Translations under genes and position numbers: made by a program | DNA from: Tubiluchus corallicola | Taxonomy: Eukaryota > Animalia > Priapulida | NCBI GenBank assembly: GCA_030141605.1 | Contig: JAQGDQ010001924.1 | Location: 1-20,987, forward strand | Length of the DNA stretch: 20,987 nucleotides | Direction of reading: 5' to 3' | Part shown: piece by piece, positions 1 through 10,168 of the stretch | Position numbering within the stretch: position 1 is the stretch's first letter | Layout of the letters: each line of letters starts with the position of its first letter | Notes under the pieces: model-generated | What the model was told of the DNA's origin: nothing | Seen by the model: only the letters and a program-made list of their open reading frames with translations | Database searches by the model: none

Positions 1-1250
1 TTCAGACACAAACCATAGCAAAGACGAGATTCAGACACAAACCATAGCAAATACGAGGATTCAGTCACAAACCATAGCAAATACGAGGATTCAGACACAA
101 ACCATAGCAAATACGAGAATTCAGACACAAACCATAGCAAATGTGAGGATTCAGACACAAACCACAGCAAATACGAGGATTCAGACACATACCATAGCAA
201 ATACGAGGATTCAGACACAAACCATACCAAATATTCAGACACAAACCACAGCAAATACGAGGATTCAGACACATACCATAGCAAATACGAGGATTCAGAC
301 ACAAACCATACCAAATATTCAGACACAAACCACAGCAAATACGAGGATTCAGACACATACCATAGCAAATACGAGGATTCAGACACAAACCATACCAAAT
401 ATTCAGACACAAACCACAGCAAATACGAGGATTCAGACATACCATAGCAAATACGAGGATTCAGACACAAACCATACCAAATATTCAGACACATACCATA
501 GCAAATACGAGGATTCAGACATAAACCATAGCAAATGTGAGGATTCAGACACAAACCACAGCAAATACGAGGATTCAGACACATACCATAGCAAATACGA
601 GGATTCAGACACAAACCATAGCAAATACGAGGATTCAGACACATACCATAGCAAATACGAGGATTCAGACACAAACCATACCAAATATTCAGACACAAAC
701 CATAGCAAATACGAGGATTCAGACACAAACCATAGCAAATACGAGGATTCAGACACAAACCATAGCAAATACGAGGATTCAGACACAAACCATAGCAAAT
801 ACGAGGATTCAGACACAAACCATAGCAAATACGAGGATTCAGACACAAACCATAGCAAATACGAGGATTCAGACACATACCATAGCAAATACGAGGATTC
901 AGACACAAACCATACCAAATATTCAGACACAAACCATAGCAAATACGAGGATTCAGACACAAACCATAGCAAATACGAGGATTCAGTCACAAACCATAGC
1001 AAATACGAGGATTCAGACACAAACCATAGCAAATACGAGAATTCAGACACAAACCATAACAAATACGAGGATTCAGACACAAACCATAGCAAATACGAGG
1101 ATTCAGACACATACCATAGCAAATACGAGGATTCAGACACAAACCATACCAAATATTCAGACACAAACCATAGCAAATACGAGGATTCAGACACAAACCA
1201 TAGCAAATACGAGTATTCAGACATAAACCATAGCAAATACGGGGATTCAA
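1..1250. repeat. 30-bp minisatellite (TTCAGACACAAACCATAGCAAATACGAGGA) with interspersed 24-bp variant units; runs off the left edge of the window
   Basis: About 40 near-identical tandem units are directly visible; the short variant lacks CGAGGA. Accounts for all ORFs at 65-1303. Confidence 0.98.
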
Positions 1251-2188
1251 ACACTTTTTGTGCGTCCATTATATATCTTATTCATTCTTTGTTGAATTTA
1301 TAATATATTTTTTGTAAAGCAATAAACTACAGTTACAAAAGTCTAAATTTTTTGCATAAAGAATTTAATATTAGACAACGGATTTTTCGTAAAAAGTGGA
1401 TCTCTAAAATCTCAAACTACGAAAAGTAAAAATTCTACAGCTAACGGTAATGTTGATGAGGTGATCTTAAGTATAATCTTATTTGACCATGGGACGGCTT
1501 CGATTTTCTGCAGAGTGTGGCTTCCCTTGGCAAGTTAAATGGCTTCCATCATTTATGGACTGTAATTGATCAGGAGACAATGGCCTGATAAGGACCTCTC
1601 GGTCCACTTGTTGAAATTGTTTGCTGGGTGTCGGATTCGCGTTCGATGATGTTTATTCGATTGAGCATTACTGGAACTTGCCCAGGGTTTTAATGTTTCT
1701 GCACAATGCCGGAGGAAGCCAGTGCATGGGTGGCTTCTTGACTTCTGTGTACCAAGTTTTACCTGCATACGTAGTAAAGCTGTGTTTAGTCTCAGAAGTA
1801 GACTGTTTCTGAGTCAGAATACTGTTATTAATAACTTGCTGTACAATACTGATACAATTTTCAGATCAAACATTTTTAAGTCGTGGTAAAGAATTTTATT
1901 TACCCATTCTAACTAACCCCTTCTTGTATATCAGCTTACTACGTTTCTGTAAACTAACTCTGTGTTTTTACTTGTGCCTGATTTTTATTCTTGTTCTGTG
2001 GACTGTAAATGTCTGAAATGATGATAATGACAATTGGATCTGAGAAGAAAATTCTCAAAATTAGAAAATCAAGTAAAAAACGAATTGAGATGGACTGTGC
2101 AAATAGATTTTTTGAGGACATTTTGAATAGATGTCCGTCTATCTATTCATTGCAACTTACCATATTTGTCTCAGTATTTTAATAACAG

Positions 2189-2696
2189 CAGGGATGAGAA
2201 TTTTCCGCGGACACGCGGAATTCTGAGTTTTTGGAAGATCAGTAGTGCCATTTTTGTAAATCGCGTAAATTTGTTGAGAAAATTTTTACGGACCCAGTAC
2301 ATTATTTCACAAGCTGACCGCTAGTTGGCAGGGCCGTCACTTTGTTTACATCACGTACATCAGTGTAACCACGTGTATATCTCTACGTATAAAAATATAG
2401 AATCAACTGTGCGGAGTTATTTGAGTCAGTTGCAGACAGTTTTTATATACTTTTGCATAGGAGCGGCCAGTACTTAGACATTTTTGAGACAATTAGGTAT
2501 CATGTATCTTTGATAGTTGGGTATTTTAAATTATGCATGAAACAAGGTAATTGATATTTTAAGTCCACTTAGAGGCCTCTATGGTCACAAAATTGCAATT
2601 TATTGCTTCGCCCCCTTGAACCCCCATGGGAACCTACGCGGCCCCCAAACCCCGGCCTGTTTCGGAGTTTTTTGCAATTTGTCATTCTCATTCCTG
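2189..2696. mobile_element. Non-autonomous hAT-like DNA transposon (MITE), 508 bp, with 6-bp TSD
   Basis: TIR CAGGGATGAGAAT (2189) vs reverse complement of right end CAGGAATGAGAAT (12/13). TAACAG directly flanks both ends (2183-2188, 2697-2702). GC-rich subterminal regions. Confidence 0.8.
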
Positions 2697-3006
2697 TAAC
2701 AGATGACCATTGGGGGATGTACAGTTCCTTATTGACCAGCCTGTGACCGTCACTAACGCTATTTTCTTCCTCACTACTGACCATTATTCACGTAAATATT
2801 GGGACTGCACTAGTAGCACTTAAGCTAAGCACTTGTGCTAATTGACATATCAACTATAAATGGAAGAGAGAAGTTGAGCTTGTTTGTCCATCTGCATTAT
2901 GATTCTGGGTTCGTTTGTGTAGTACAGTGAGAATAAATGAATGCGTGCGAGAGAAGATTTCTGTCTCAAAAGTTCCTTCGATGTCCAAGGTGTAAGCAGC
3001 CGAAAC

Positions 3007-3340
3007 TCGACTCTCAAGTTCCTCCTGATGACTCCAAAAACCTGTATTTGTATTTGTTTTTTGTCTTCCTTACTCCTTTCATAACATATTCCTTGAAAAA
3101 ATATTATAACTATACTTTCTCGACTCTCAAGTTCCTCCTGATGACTCCAAAAACCTGTATTTGTATTTGTTTTTTGTCTTTCTTACTCCTTTCATAACAT
3201 ATTCCTTGAAAAAATATTATAACTATACTTTCTCGACTCTCAAGTTCCTCCTGATAACTCCAAAAACCTGTATTTGTATTTGTTTTTTGTCTTCCTTACT
3301 CCTGTCATAACGTATTCCTTGAAAAATACTATAGCTATAC
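3007..3340. repeat. ~112-bp tandem repeat, ~3 copies
   Basis: CTCGACTCTCAAGTTCCTCCTGAT recurs at 3007, 3119 and 3232 with near-identical sequence in between. Confidence 0.95.
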
Positions 3341-4253
3341 GTAGACAAAATTTCTCTCCATTAATACAAACTATTTTATGATTATAATTAGACTCCTGCA
3401 AAAATGAGAATATAATCACCTCTCAAAAAACTAAAACTATAATATGTAAATCTACTCCCATGACCTACTTTCTCCAAACTGTTTTTAGCGCTATCCAGTT
3501 CTTACTGACCTACCTTACTTTTCCTTTTTCACATTTATTACATAATTCTTTTCTCTCTAGTACAAACTACCTGCACTAACAAATGCCAGGTGCCACTAGC
3601 TGGTCGGCCGCTGCTTAGCGATATGCTTCAGTACAACCTAAAGACATGTGCTCGCATCTAGGATAGCCTCTGTGGTTATCGCATCTCTAGGACCAATTTT
3701 TACATTGGTTTTCATAAACAATTATGTGCAAGAGAAGATTTCTGTCTCAGAAGTTCCTTGGATGTCCTGCCACACGGTCACGAACGCATGCAATGTAAAA
3801 ATGTCAAAACTCAGTAGTAGTAGTGTGTGTAAGTAATATGAAACATTATACATACGATAATGTTTCATATTATACGATTATACATACATATGATACATGA
3901 GTAATAAGTAACATGAATATGAATATCTTGCACCTGTTCCTTACGTGGCAGTTATATAGAAGCTGCTCTCAATAACTGCTTGTGGTGTGTTATAAAGTGC
4001 GCCCTTTGCATGAGTATGAAAGTTACACATTTACCGAGGAGAATAAGAATTTTTTCTACAATGTCACCCCGTCAAACTTTGGCACCCTAGGCTATAGGCT
4101 AGCTACCCTATTGGTTAAGACACTCCTGACAATGACACACTTGCAGGACAAGTGAGAATAACATTAGAGAGCTTAGCACCACGTGAAAATAATAATTAAA
4201 ATTAATAATAGTTAGAAATAATGACTTAATAATGTAATTCAAGGGTAGTCGAC

Positions 4254-4638
4254 AATGAGCCTATTCACAGTTGCAGCGATTGATGATGATCGTGGAAAGG
4301 TCAAAGGTCAAGTGTACCAGCAACGCATTAGTGTACACTTGACAACGCCTCTCAGCCCATGCTACTGTAATAGTAACCGTCTTAACAGCTAACTAGAACC
4401 TTACCTAGTTCATTTCTTCTTGTTCCCAAGCAAGATCCTGCTAGTAAATCACTCTGCGTGCATAGTTAACTAAAGTCCAGGCAAAACAATTGAAGTTACT
4501 GAACTGATGCGGCCGACCGCTTTGCTTTTACCCACATATCACGTGACGGTTGTAGTTAAGACGTGCTGCTGTGGTACACTTAACGTTTGACCTACACCAA
4601 CTATGCGTGCGCACAGCGAAACTGCGAAAAGGTTTATT
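4254..4638. mobile_element. Non-autonomous DNA transposon-like dispersed repeat with ~20-bp imperfect TIRs, copy 1
   Basis: Left end AATGAGCCTATTCACAGTTGC; reverse complement of right end AATAAACCTTTTCGCAGTTTC. Diverged second copy at 17508-17864. Superfamily not determined. Confidence 0.7.
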
Positions 4639-4702
4639 GTTGCAATTCACATCTTTAAGAAATGAAACCGATAATTCGGGCCAATAATTATATAGCTTAC
4701 TG

Positions 4703-4950
4703 ATTATTATTATTATTATTATTAAAAATCTTTATTGAAAATTATACAATAAGCCCTCTATTTGCAGGGCACAAAACTACAAAAATGTTAAATAAGTCTT
4801 TACACTATGTACATTAAATAAATTTCTTACTAAACAAGCTGACAATTTTGCATTACGATTTACTTATTCTAAATATATATCTAATATTTATAATCAATGT
4901 ATAATCAATTTACTATAAGATCATTTTGGGTTAGTTCTTTTACAATATCT
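4703..4950 (-). mobile_element. Short 5'-truncated copy of the LINE at 9511-9953 (end of ORF2, 3' UTR, (TAA)n tail)
   Basis: Its reverse complement matches 9713-9953 with only a handful of substitutions. (ATT)n at 4703-4723. Possible TSD TATAGCTTA at 4691-4699 and 4971-4979. Confidence 0.92.
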
Positions 4951-5179
4951 GATGTAATCTGTAATGTATGTATAGCTTATTTACCGTGGTAGTTTTTAAG
5001 AGTACTATTATAAAACCGGCTGTACTTTGTCATGAGAAGTTTTTTTGCACTGTACCAGATTTGGAGTTTGGACTGTAAATTAAGGCATACATTTGCATAT
5101 GTGAAGTTCCGCCTTGGATACAAAGTGCCTTTAGCTAGTACTTTCAATTTCGCTAAATTATATAAAAGTCTAAAATAGT

Positions 5180-5250
5180 TATATATATATATATATATAT
5201 ATAAGGTAAGGTAAGGTAAGGTAAGGTAAGGTAAGGTAAGGTAAGGTAAG
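5180..5250. repeat. (AT)n followed by (AAGGT)n microsatellite
   Basis: Directly visible. Confidence 0.95.
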
Positions 5251-5781
5251 ATGATATTTATTTTCATCGGTATGATATAAAACAGTACATATTTGTAAAA
5301 CATGAGCTTATAGCTCGTAAACCGATATCAGACATAATGTATATGAGCGATAACATGGTAATAATATGTACTTCTTAAAATCTTTTGGATGCCACCAGAG
5401 GCATTGGTACAAGAAAAAATTTATAACTACATGAAGACAGTAAGAATTGAGACAGTAAAATTTTAGGCAGTAACATTTTCTAAAATTTACACAAAAAGCT
5501 GTCTAGGTCAATAAAAATTTTTCCTGCCAACACATTCAGCATTTAATTACGAAAATATATATGTATATAAATATATTAATATATATATTATAAGATATAT
5601 AAATGTATTTTATAAGACCATTGGTCTATGACACTGCTTGATGTTTATAGATTGTATTGCGCACCTCACGTGTGTAACAGTAATGACAAAAGTAATTAGT
5701 CAGATAACTTTAAAATGGTCATAGTAAATTTTTACAAGTGTTTTAAGCTCTGTCCGTATCCTTTTTGTATACAAGGGAACC

Positions 5782-6455
5782 TTATTATAGGTTTTGCATG
5801 TCAAATGTAGACCGACGTTAACTCAAATGTAGATTTAGGTAATTCACTTGTGTCTTGGTAACTCAAATGTAGACTTAGGTAGTTCAACTTAAGCGTTTTT
5901 GGTAAGTCAAATGTAGACACATGTCAAGTCAAATGTGACATTGGTATCTCAAATGTGGATAGGTGTCAAAATAATAACTTTTATAGGTCTACTAATAGTT
6001 CACTAATATTCTGCAAACTTTACATACCATTGGAACTGTTAGAGAAATCAATACATTCTTAAAATAAACAATGTTTCTTGAGAGAAACTAATTCATTAAT
6101 GCAGTGCTAATGCATTACTTAAAAAACTAATTAGTGATTCACTGTTCATTGGGAAGTGATGCTGCGATAGCACCATGACCATAAAATATAATTTTAATTT
6201 CGTCTTATCTTTTCGTAATTTGCACTTAAATGAGTTAATTACCGATTTATTCAAAGTACCGCATCTACATTTGACTTACCTAAGTCACATTTGAGTTACC
6301 AAAACACATTCGAAATTCCTATGTCTACATTTGACTTACCTAAGTCACATTTGAGTTACCAAAACACATTCGAAATTCCTATGTCTACATTTGACTTACC
6401 TAAGTCACATTTCAACTTTCCTGTGTCTACATTTGACGTGTAAAACCTATAATAA
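5782..6455. mobile_element. Foldback-like MITE with 31-bp TIRs and inverted arrays of subterminal repeats
   Basis: TTATTATAGGTTTTGCATGTCAAATGTAGAC vs reverse complement of right end, 29/31 match. TCAAATGT occurs six times on the left arm and ACATTTGA repeatedly on the right arm, where a 60-bp unit is tandemly duplicated (~6264-6411). Confidence 0.85.
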
Positions 6456-6772
6456 CAGGTCAGAGTAGTTTTAAGAACATCTTTCCTGTCATTTAGCAGA
6501 ATTGTTCACATCAGTTTTACACGTTCTGTAGAGAATGACTCTTATATTAAAACTAAGCATGTATCAGTAAACCTACACACAAATCTTATCATTACTGAAT
6601 GTATTTAGTGAACATCTTTTTACCTGTGTGGCCTGTTAGCTGTGCAAATACGCAGTAGATTGTTAAAGTTGAAAATGAGAGTATTTTACTTCCATTCATG
6701 ACTTGTGATCCGTGTCTCCACCTCAAATGTGGAACCCGGACGTCCTGCTATCTGTTGTGCAAATTATGACTA

Positions 6773-7036
6773 CCAGTAAATAAGTAAAAAAGCACGCGCG
6801 TGCGCGTACACGCATACACGCGCACGCGCGTTCAGACACGCGGAATTTACTCATTTTAGTGTGTAGGAACTGATAATTCAAGAAGCGTGACATCGCAGTG
6901 TAAAACAGCGCCAAATTTAAAGTTAAAGTCTTCCAGTAAATTAATAAGTAACACATAATGCGTGCGCGTACACGCATACACACGCACGCGCGTTCAGACA
7001 CGCGGAATTTACTCATTTTAGTGTGTAGGAGCTGAT
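6773..7036. repeat. Imperfect ~162-bp tandem duplication containing alternating purine-pyrimidine tracts
   Basis: 6798-6875 is nearly identical to 6960-7036. Confidence 0.9.
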
Positions 7037-7406
7037 TAACAGTAGCAACAATAGCAACAACGATAACCATGACGTCACTAACCTTCTAGTTACTCGTTTA
7101 TGGAAAACATTGTTGCGCATTAAAGTTGATGTTCCTAACGTGAATAAGGCAAACATTGGGTGATTACCACTCCTACTTCGATTCAAGGTGACCTTGGCAG
7201 TCTAGCAAAGGTAACCATCCTTGTACGCAGTGACGAAATCATTGCAAGATCTTGGCAAAGTTTAGAAGGTAATCCTCTCACTAAATTACCGCCTGTACCG
7301 TGTTTATCCTTGGCTAAGCTGCCATGCTGTCGCCATTCTCTACTTGCTGGCGAACTGGGTCTTTTCAGCAGTCTGTTTGCAAGACGTTGTTTCACTACGA
7401 CGCAGT

Positions 7407-7531
7407 ATAATAATAATAATAATAATAGTACTAGTGGTAGTGGTGGCGGTAGCGGGAGCAGTAGCAGCAGCAGCAGTAGTAATAATAGTAATAATAATAA
7501 CAATAACAATAACAATAATAATAATAATAAT
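7407..7531. repeat. Compound trinucleotide microsatellite (AAT/AGT/GGT/AGC/AAC), adjoining the SINE tail
   Basis: Directly visible; explains the poly-N/S/L ORFs at 7160-7546. Confidence 0.95.
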
Positions 7532-7783
7532 CTTTATTTAAAGTGACTTTTGGGTCAACAATTAACATTAGCTCAAAGAGCTATTATCGCCGACTGTAAA
7601 TAACAACCTACAACTATATAACAGAGACTATTATCACACCACTTTTACCCTAAATACCACGCGTCAGGCAGGACAAAGCAGGTACCATTTTTAAAGTCTT
7701 TGGTATGACCCGGCCGCTGGTTCGAACTCACGACCTCCCAGAGGGAAAACGGACGCATTACCACTAGACTAATCCGTCTGGTC
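7514..7783 (-). mobile_element. tRNA-derived SINE, probably MetaSINE/RUDI-type central domain
   Basis: Minus strand: A box TAGTCTAGTGG (7771-7761), B box GTTCGAACC (7727-7719), then GGGTCATACCAAAGACTTTAAAAATGGTACCTGC, recognised from memory as the Meta conserved domain. Ends in AAATAAAG and an (ATT)n tail. Confidence 0.85.
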
Positions 7784-8281
7784 AATTATGCACGTCAAAT
7801 ACAGATTAGTGTACCGATTCTGTCTCAGACATTCATATCATGTCAGTCCTGTCCTAGCTGCAACGGAAGTGGTGCTGACAAGCCACTTGCGTAACAGTGT
7901 CTAGTTTTTTTTGCTGGATTACTGCTGCGTTTACCTGTCTGAAGGCAGATTTCTATTATTTTAGAATTCTGCCTGCCCAATGTCTACAATAGACGTGACG
8001 GGCGTCCTGTCCTAGCTGCATTGGCTGGAGGCGGCAAGTGTTATTGAAAGAGGTGCTGCGTAGTGTGACTGTGTTAACAATGAAAAGTCGTAAAGCTGTT
8101 ATAGTTAGAAATTAAACTCTTGACTCTTAGCCATAAAGCAGCTGCTGTCAGAATAACTTAGTCAAACTCGTGTTTAAACTTGGGCTGCTGTGCTGAAGGT
8201 GTTTTGTCTCGGGACGTAGTCTCATAAGGTCTAGCTTAGTGACACTTTGTCCCAGCTTCAAGGGACCGTCCATCTTAATAC

Positions 8282-8649
8282 TAGGGGTGAGCATTCGCTA
8301 CCAGAAAGCGAATTCGAATCGAATCGAACTTCAGTGTTTCGAATTCGAATTGAGATTGAAAGATTTTCGAACAAGTTTTCGAACCACCAGTAAAAATTAG
8401 TCTTACAAAGATCGTGCATATCACTAGATTTTGTTCTGCAATAAAACGACTAGTAATTTGTTTAAAATTGTGTGCAGAAATCACAGCTAAATTATGCTAA
8501 TTGCATGATGTTTCAATAATCGTTTTAGTGATAAAGAACATGTGTGATTGAAGTGCTGAATTATTCGAATCTATAGTTTTGGATTCGAATCGAGTTCGAA
8601 CTGAAAAAACTCGATCGAATCGAATTCGAACGTTCGATGCTCACCCCTA
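8282..8649. mobile_element. Intact hAT-type MITE, 368 bp
   Basis: Perfect 13-bp TIR TAGGGGTGAGCAT; perfect 8-bp TSD CTTAATAC (8274-8281, 8650-8657); many subterminal TTCGAA motifs at both ends. Confidence 0.95.
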
Positions 8650-8939
8650 CTTAATACAAGTCTGACGACCTTCTTCAATGACATTTTCTTAAACGATTTC
8701 CTCGCTACCTACGTTTATCTGCACCTCATTTAGTGACATTTTGTTCCAAGGTATTCACCTAAAAATTTAGCTGTAGTTTTAGTTCGCTGGCATTTTGTTC
8801 CAAGCCTGTATGCTTAATGCCTAACGAGGCCTGTTTCAGTAGTACTTCGCCCAGATCCTGCAACTGAATAATTTGATCTCTCCTGTGGAAACACTTTTTC
8901 CAGCACCTGTATCACCATCCCACAAATATAATTTACTTG

Positions 8940-9475
8940 TCTGTTAAAACTCTTAAAGTGAAAGAAATATATGACATGTATTGTCTTCATTTCATGTATC
9001 ACTATCATAATTCACTACTTCCACCAGCTTTTCAGTCATACTTTAGTCCAGTTTCAAATCAACATGATCATTACACAAGATATTCAGTCGGAAACTATGT
9101 ACTCCCTTTTCCAAAAACAAATATAACGAAACAGTCGTCAAAATATAATGCTATTAAAATATGGTCATCAATTCCGCGTGAAATGAAAACTCTTAATCTT
9201 TATCAATTTAAAAAAGCATCAAAGAATTACCTACTACAACGGTATAATTAACTCACAATTTTACTCATCCTGATCTTAAGTTACTAACAAAACTTATTTT
9301 GTTCTAATGTACGTTATAACTGATGAAAATGTAATGTTAATTGTCAATTGTTTCACTTATCTGGAGGCTCCTTCCTCCTCCTCACAGTAACTCGCATAGT
9401 TTATTTTTTTTCAATGTAATAACAATTTATATGTATGTTTGAGTTGCTGTGGAATAAATTCATAATCAAATTAAT
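8940..9475 (+). mobile_element. 5'-truncated CR1/L2-group LINE: ORF2 C-terminus (stop at 9251) plus 3' UTR
   Basis: Translation LKVKEIY..FMY..HNSLLP..F..YF..H..YTR..P..KT..S.KY.AIKIWSSIP..K..L.QFKK..K.YLL matches the typical post-RT C-terminal pattern of CR1/L2/Crack ORF2. AATAAA near 9453. Boundaries approximate. Confidence 0.85.
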
Positions 9476-9510
9476 TCAGAAGTCTGATGAGATCTGCTTT
9501 ATTGGCAAAT

Positions 9511-9953
9511 CATTTAAATACAGGATAGGTATAACTGATTCAGATCTGTGTGTTTGCGGTTTGGGCAGTCAAACCCCAGAACATTTAATTTTTCAATGTC
9601 CGTTACCATTGGTTAGACAAGATATAAGAGTGAATCTCGAACGCGGCTTAGAAAATAATGACATTCGAAACATTTACAGAAAGAGAGACACTAATGTAAT
9701 TAAAATGTATATAGATATTGTAAAAGAACTAACCCAAAATGATCTTATAGTAAATTGATTATACATTGATTATAACTATTGGATATATATTTAGAATAAG
9801 TAGATCGTAATGCAAAATTGTCAGCTTGTTTAGTAAGAAATTTACTTAATGTACATAGTGTAAAGAGTTATTTAACATTTTTGTACTTTTGTGCCCTGCA
9901 AATAGAGGGCTTATTGTATAATTTTCTATAAAGATTTTTAATAACAATAATAA
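9511..9953 (+). mobile_element. 5'-truncated non-LTR retrotransposon with C-terminal CCHC zinc knuckle, 3' stem-loop and (TAA)n tail
   Basis: Peptide RIGITDSDLCVCGLGSQTPEHLIFQCP (stop at 9758); hairpin GCCCT-GCAAATAG-AGGGC at 9893-9910; TSD TTTATTGGCA at 9498-9507 and 9954-9963; second copy at 4703-4950. Clade uncertain (I/Nimb-like). Confidence 0.9.
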
Positions 9954-10168
9954 TTTATTGGCATATAGTTTTGTCTCCCTCAGAAACTGCAGTGCAATAG
10001 TTTAGATTCATGGGTTTTTGTCATAAGATCTGCTCTGACAAATCTTATGATGTCTAGATTAGACTGTGACACTTCATCGCACCTCGGTGTCTTACTTGCA
10101 GATGCTGCGAACACAGATGCCGTAAACCATCTGTCCCATCTAAGACCACATCCATCTTGTCTGGAGCT

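Noticed and set aside
143-1303. 386-aa ORF (TQTIANTRIQ / HSKYEDSDTN repeats) as a repetitive structural protein
   Set aside because: It arises from a 30-bp unit that is stop-free in several frames on both strands; a 2-bp deletion near 438 switches the peptide mid-ORF, and there is no signal peptide or unique domain.
1553-1768. Possible minus-strand terminal exon after TATGCAG
   Set aside because: Weak polypyrimidine tract and no recognisable peptide in any frame; unsupported without transcripts.
4078-4128. Orphan hAT-like right end (GGCACCCTAGGC...TTAAGACACTCCTG)
   Set aside because: No matching left TIR or TSD found in the window.
7160-7546. ORFs on both strands
   Set aside because: Length is inflated by the trinucleotide tract and the unique part resembles nothing I recognise.
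7715-7783. tRNA gene
   Set aside because: A and B boxes are present but there is no proper acceptor stem, and it continues into a SINE body.
8300-8640. Heat-shock elements in the TTCGAA-rich ends
   Set aside because: Spacing is mostly TTCGAA/GAATTC rather than nGAAnnTTCn arrays; better explained as hAT subterminal repeats.
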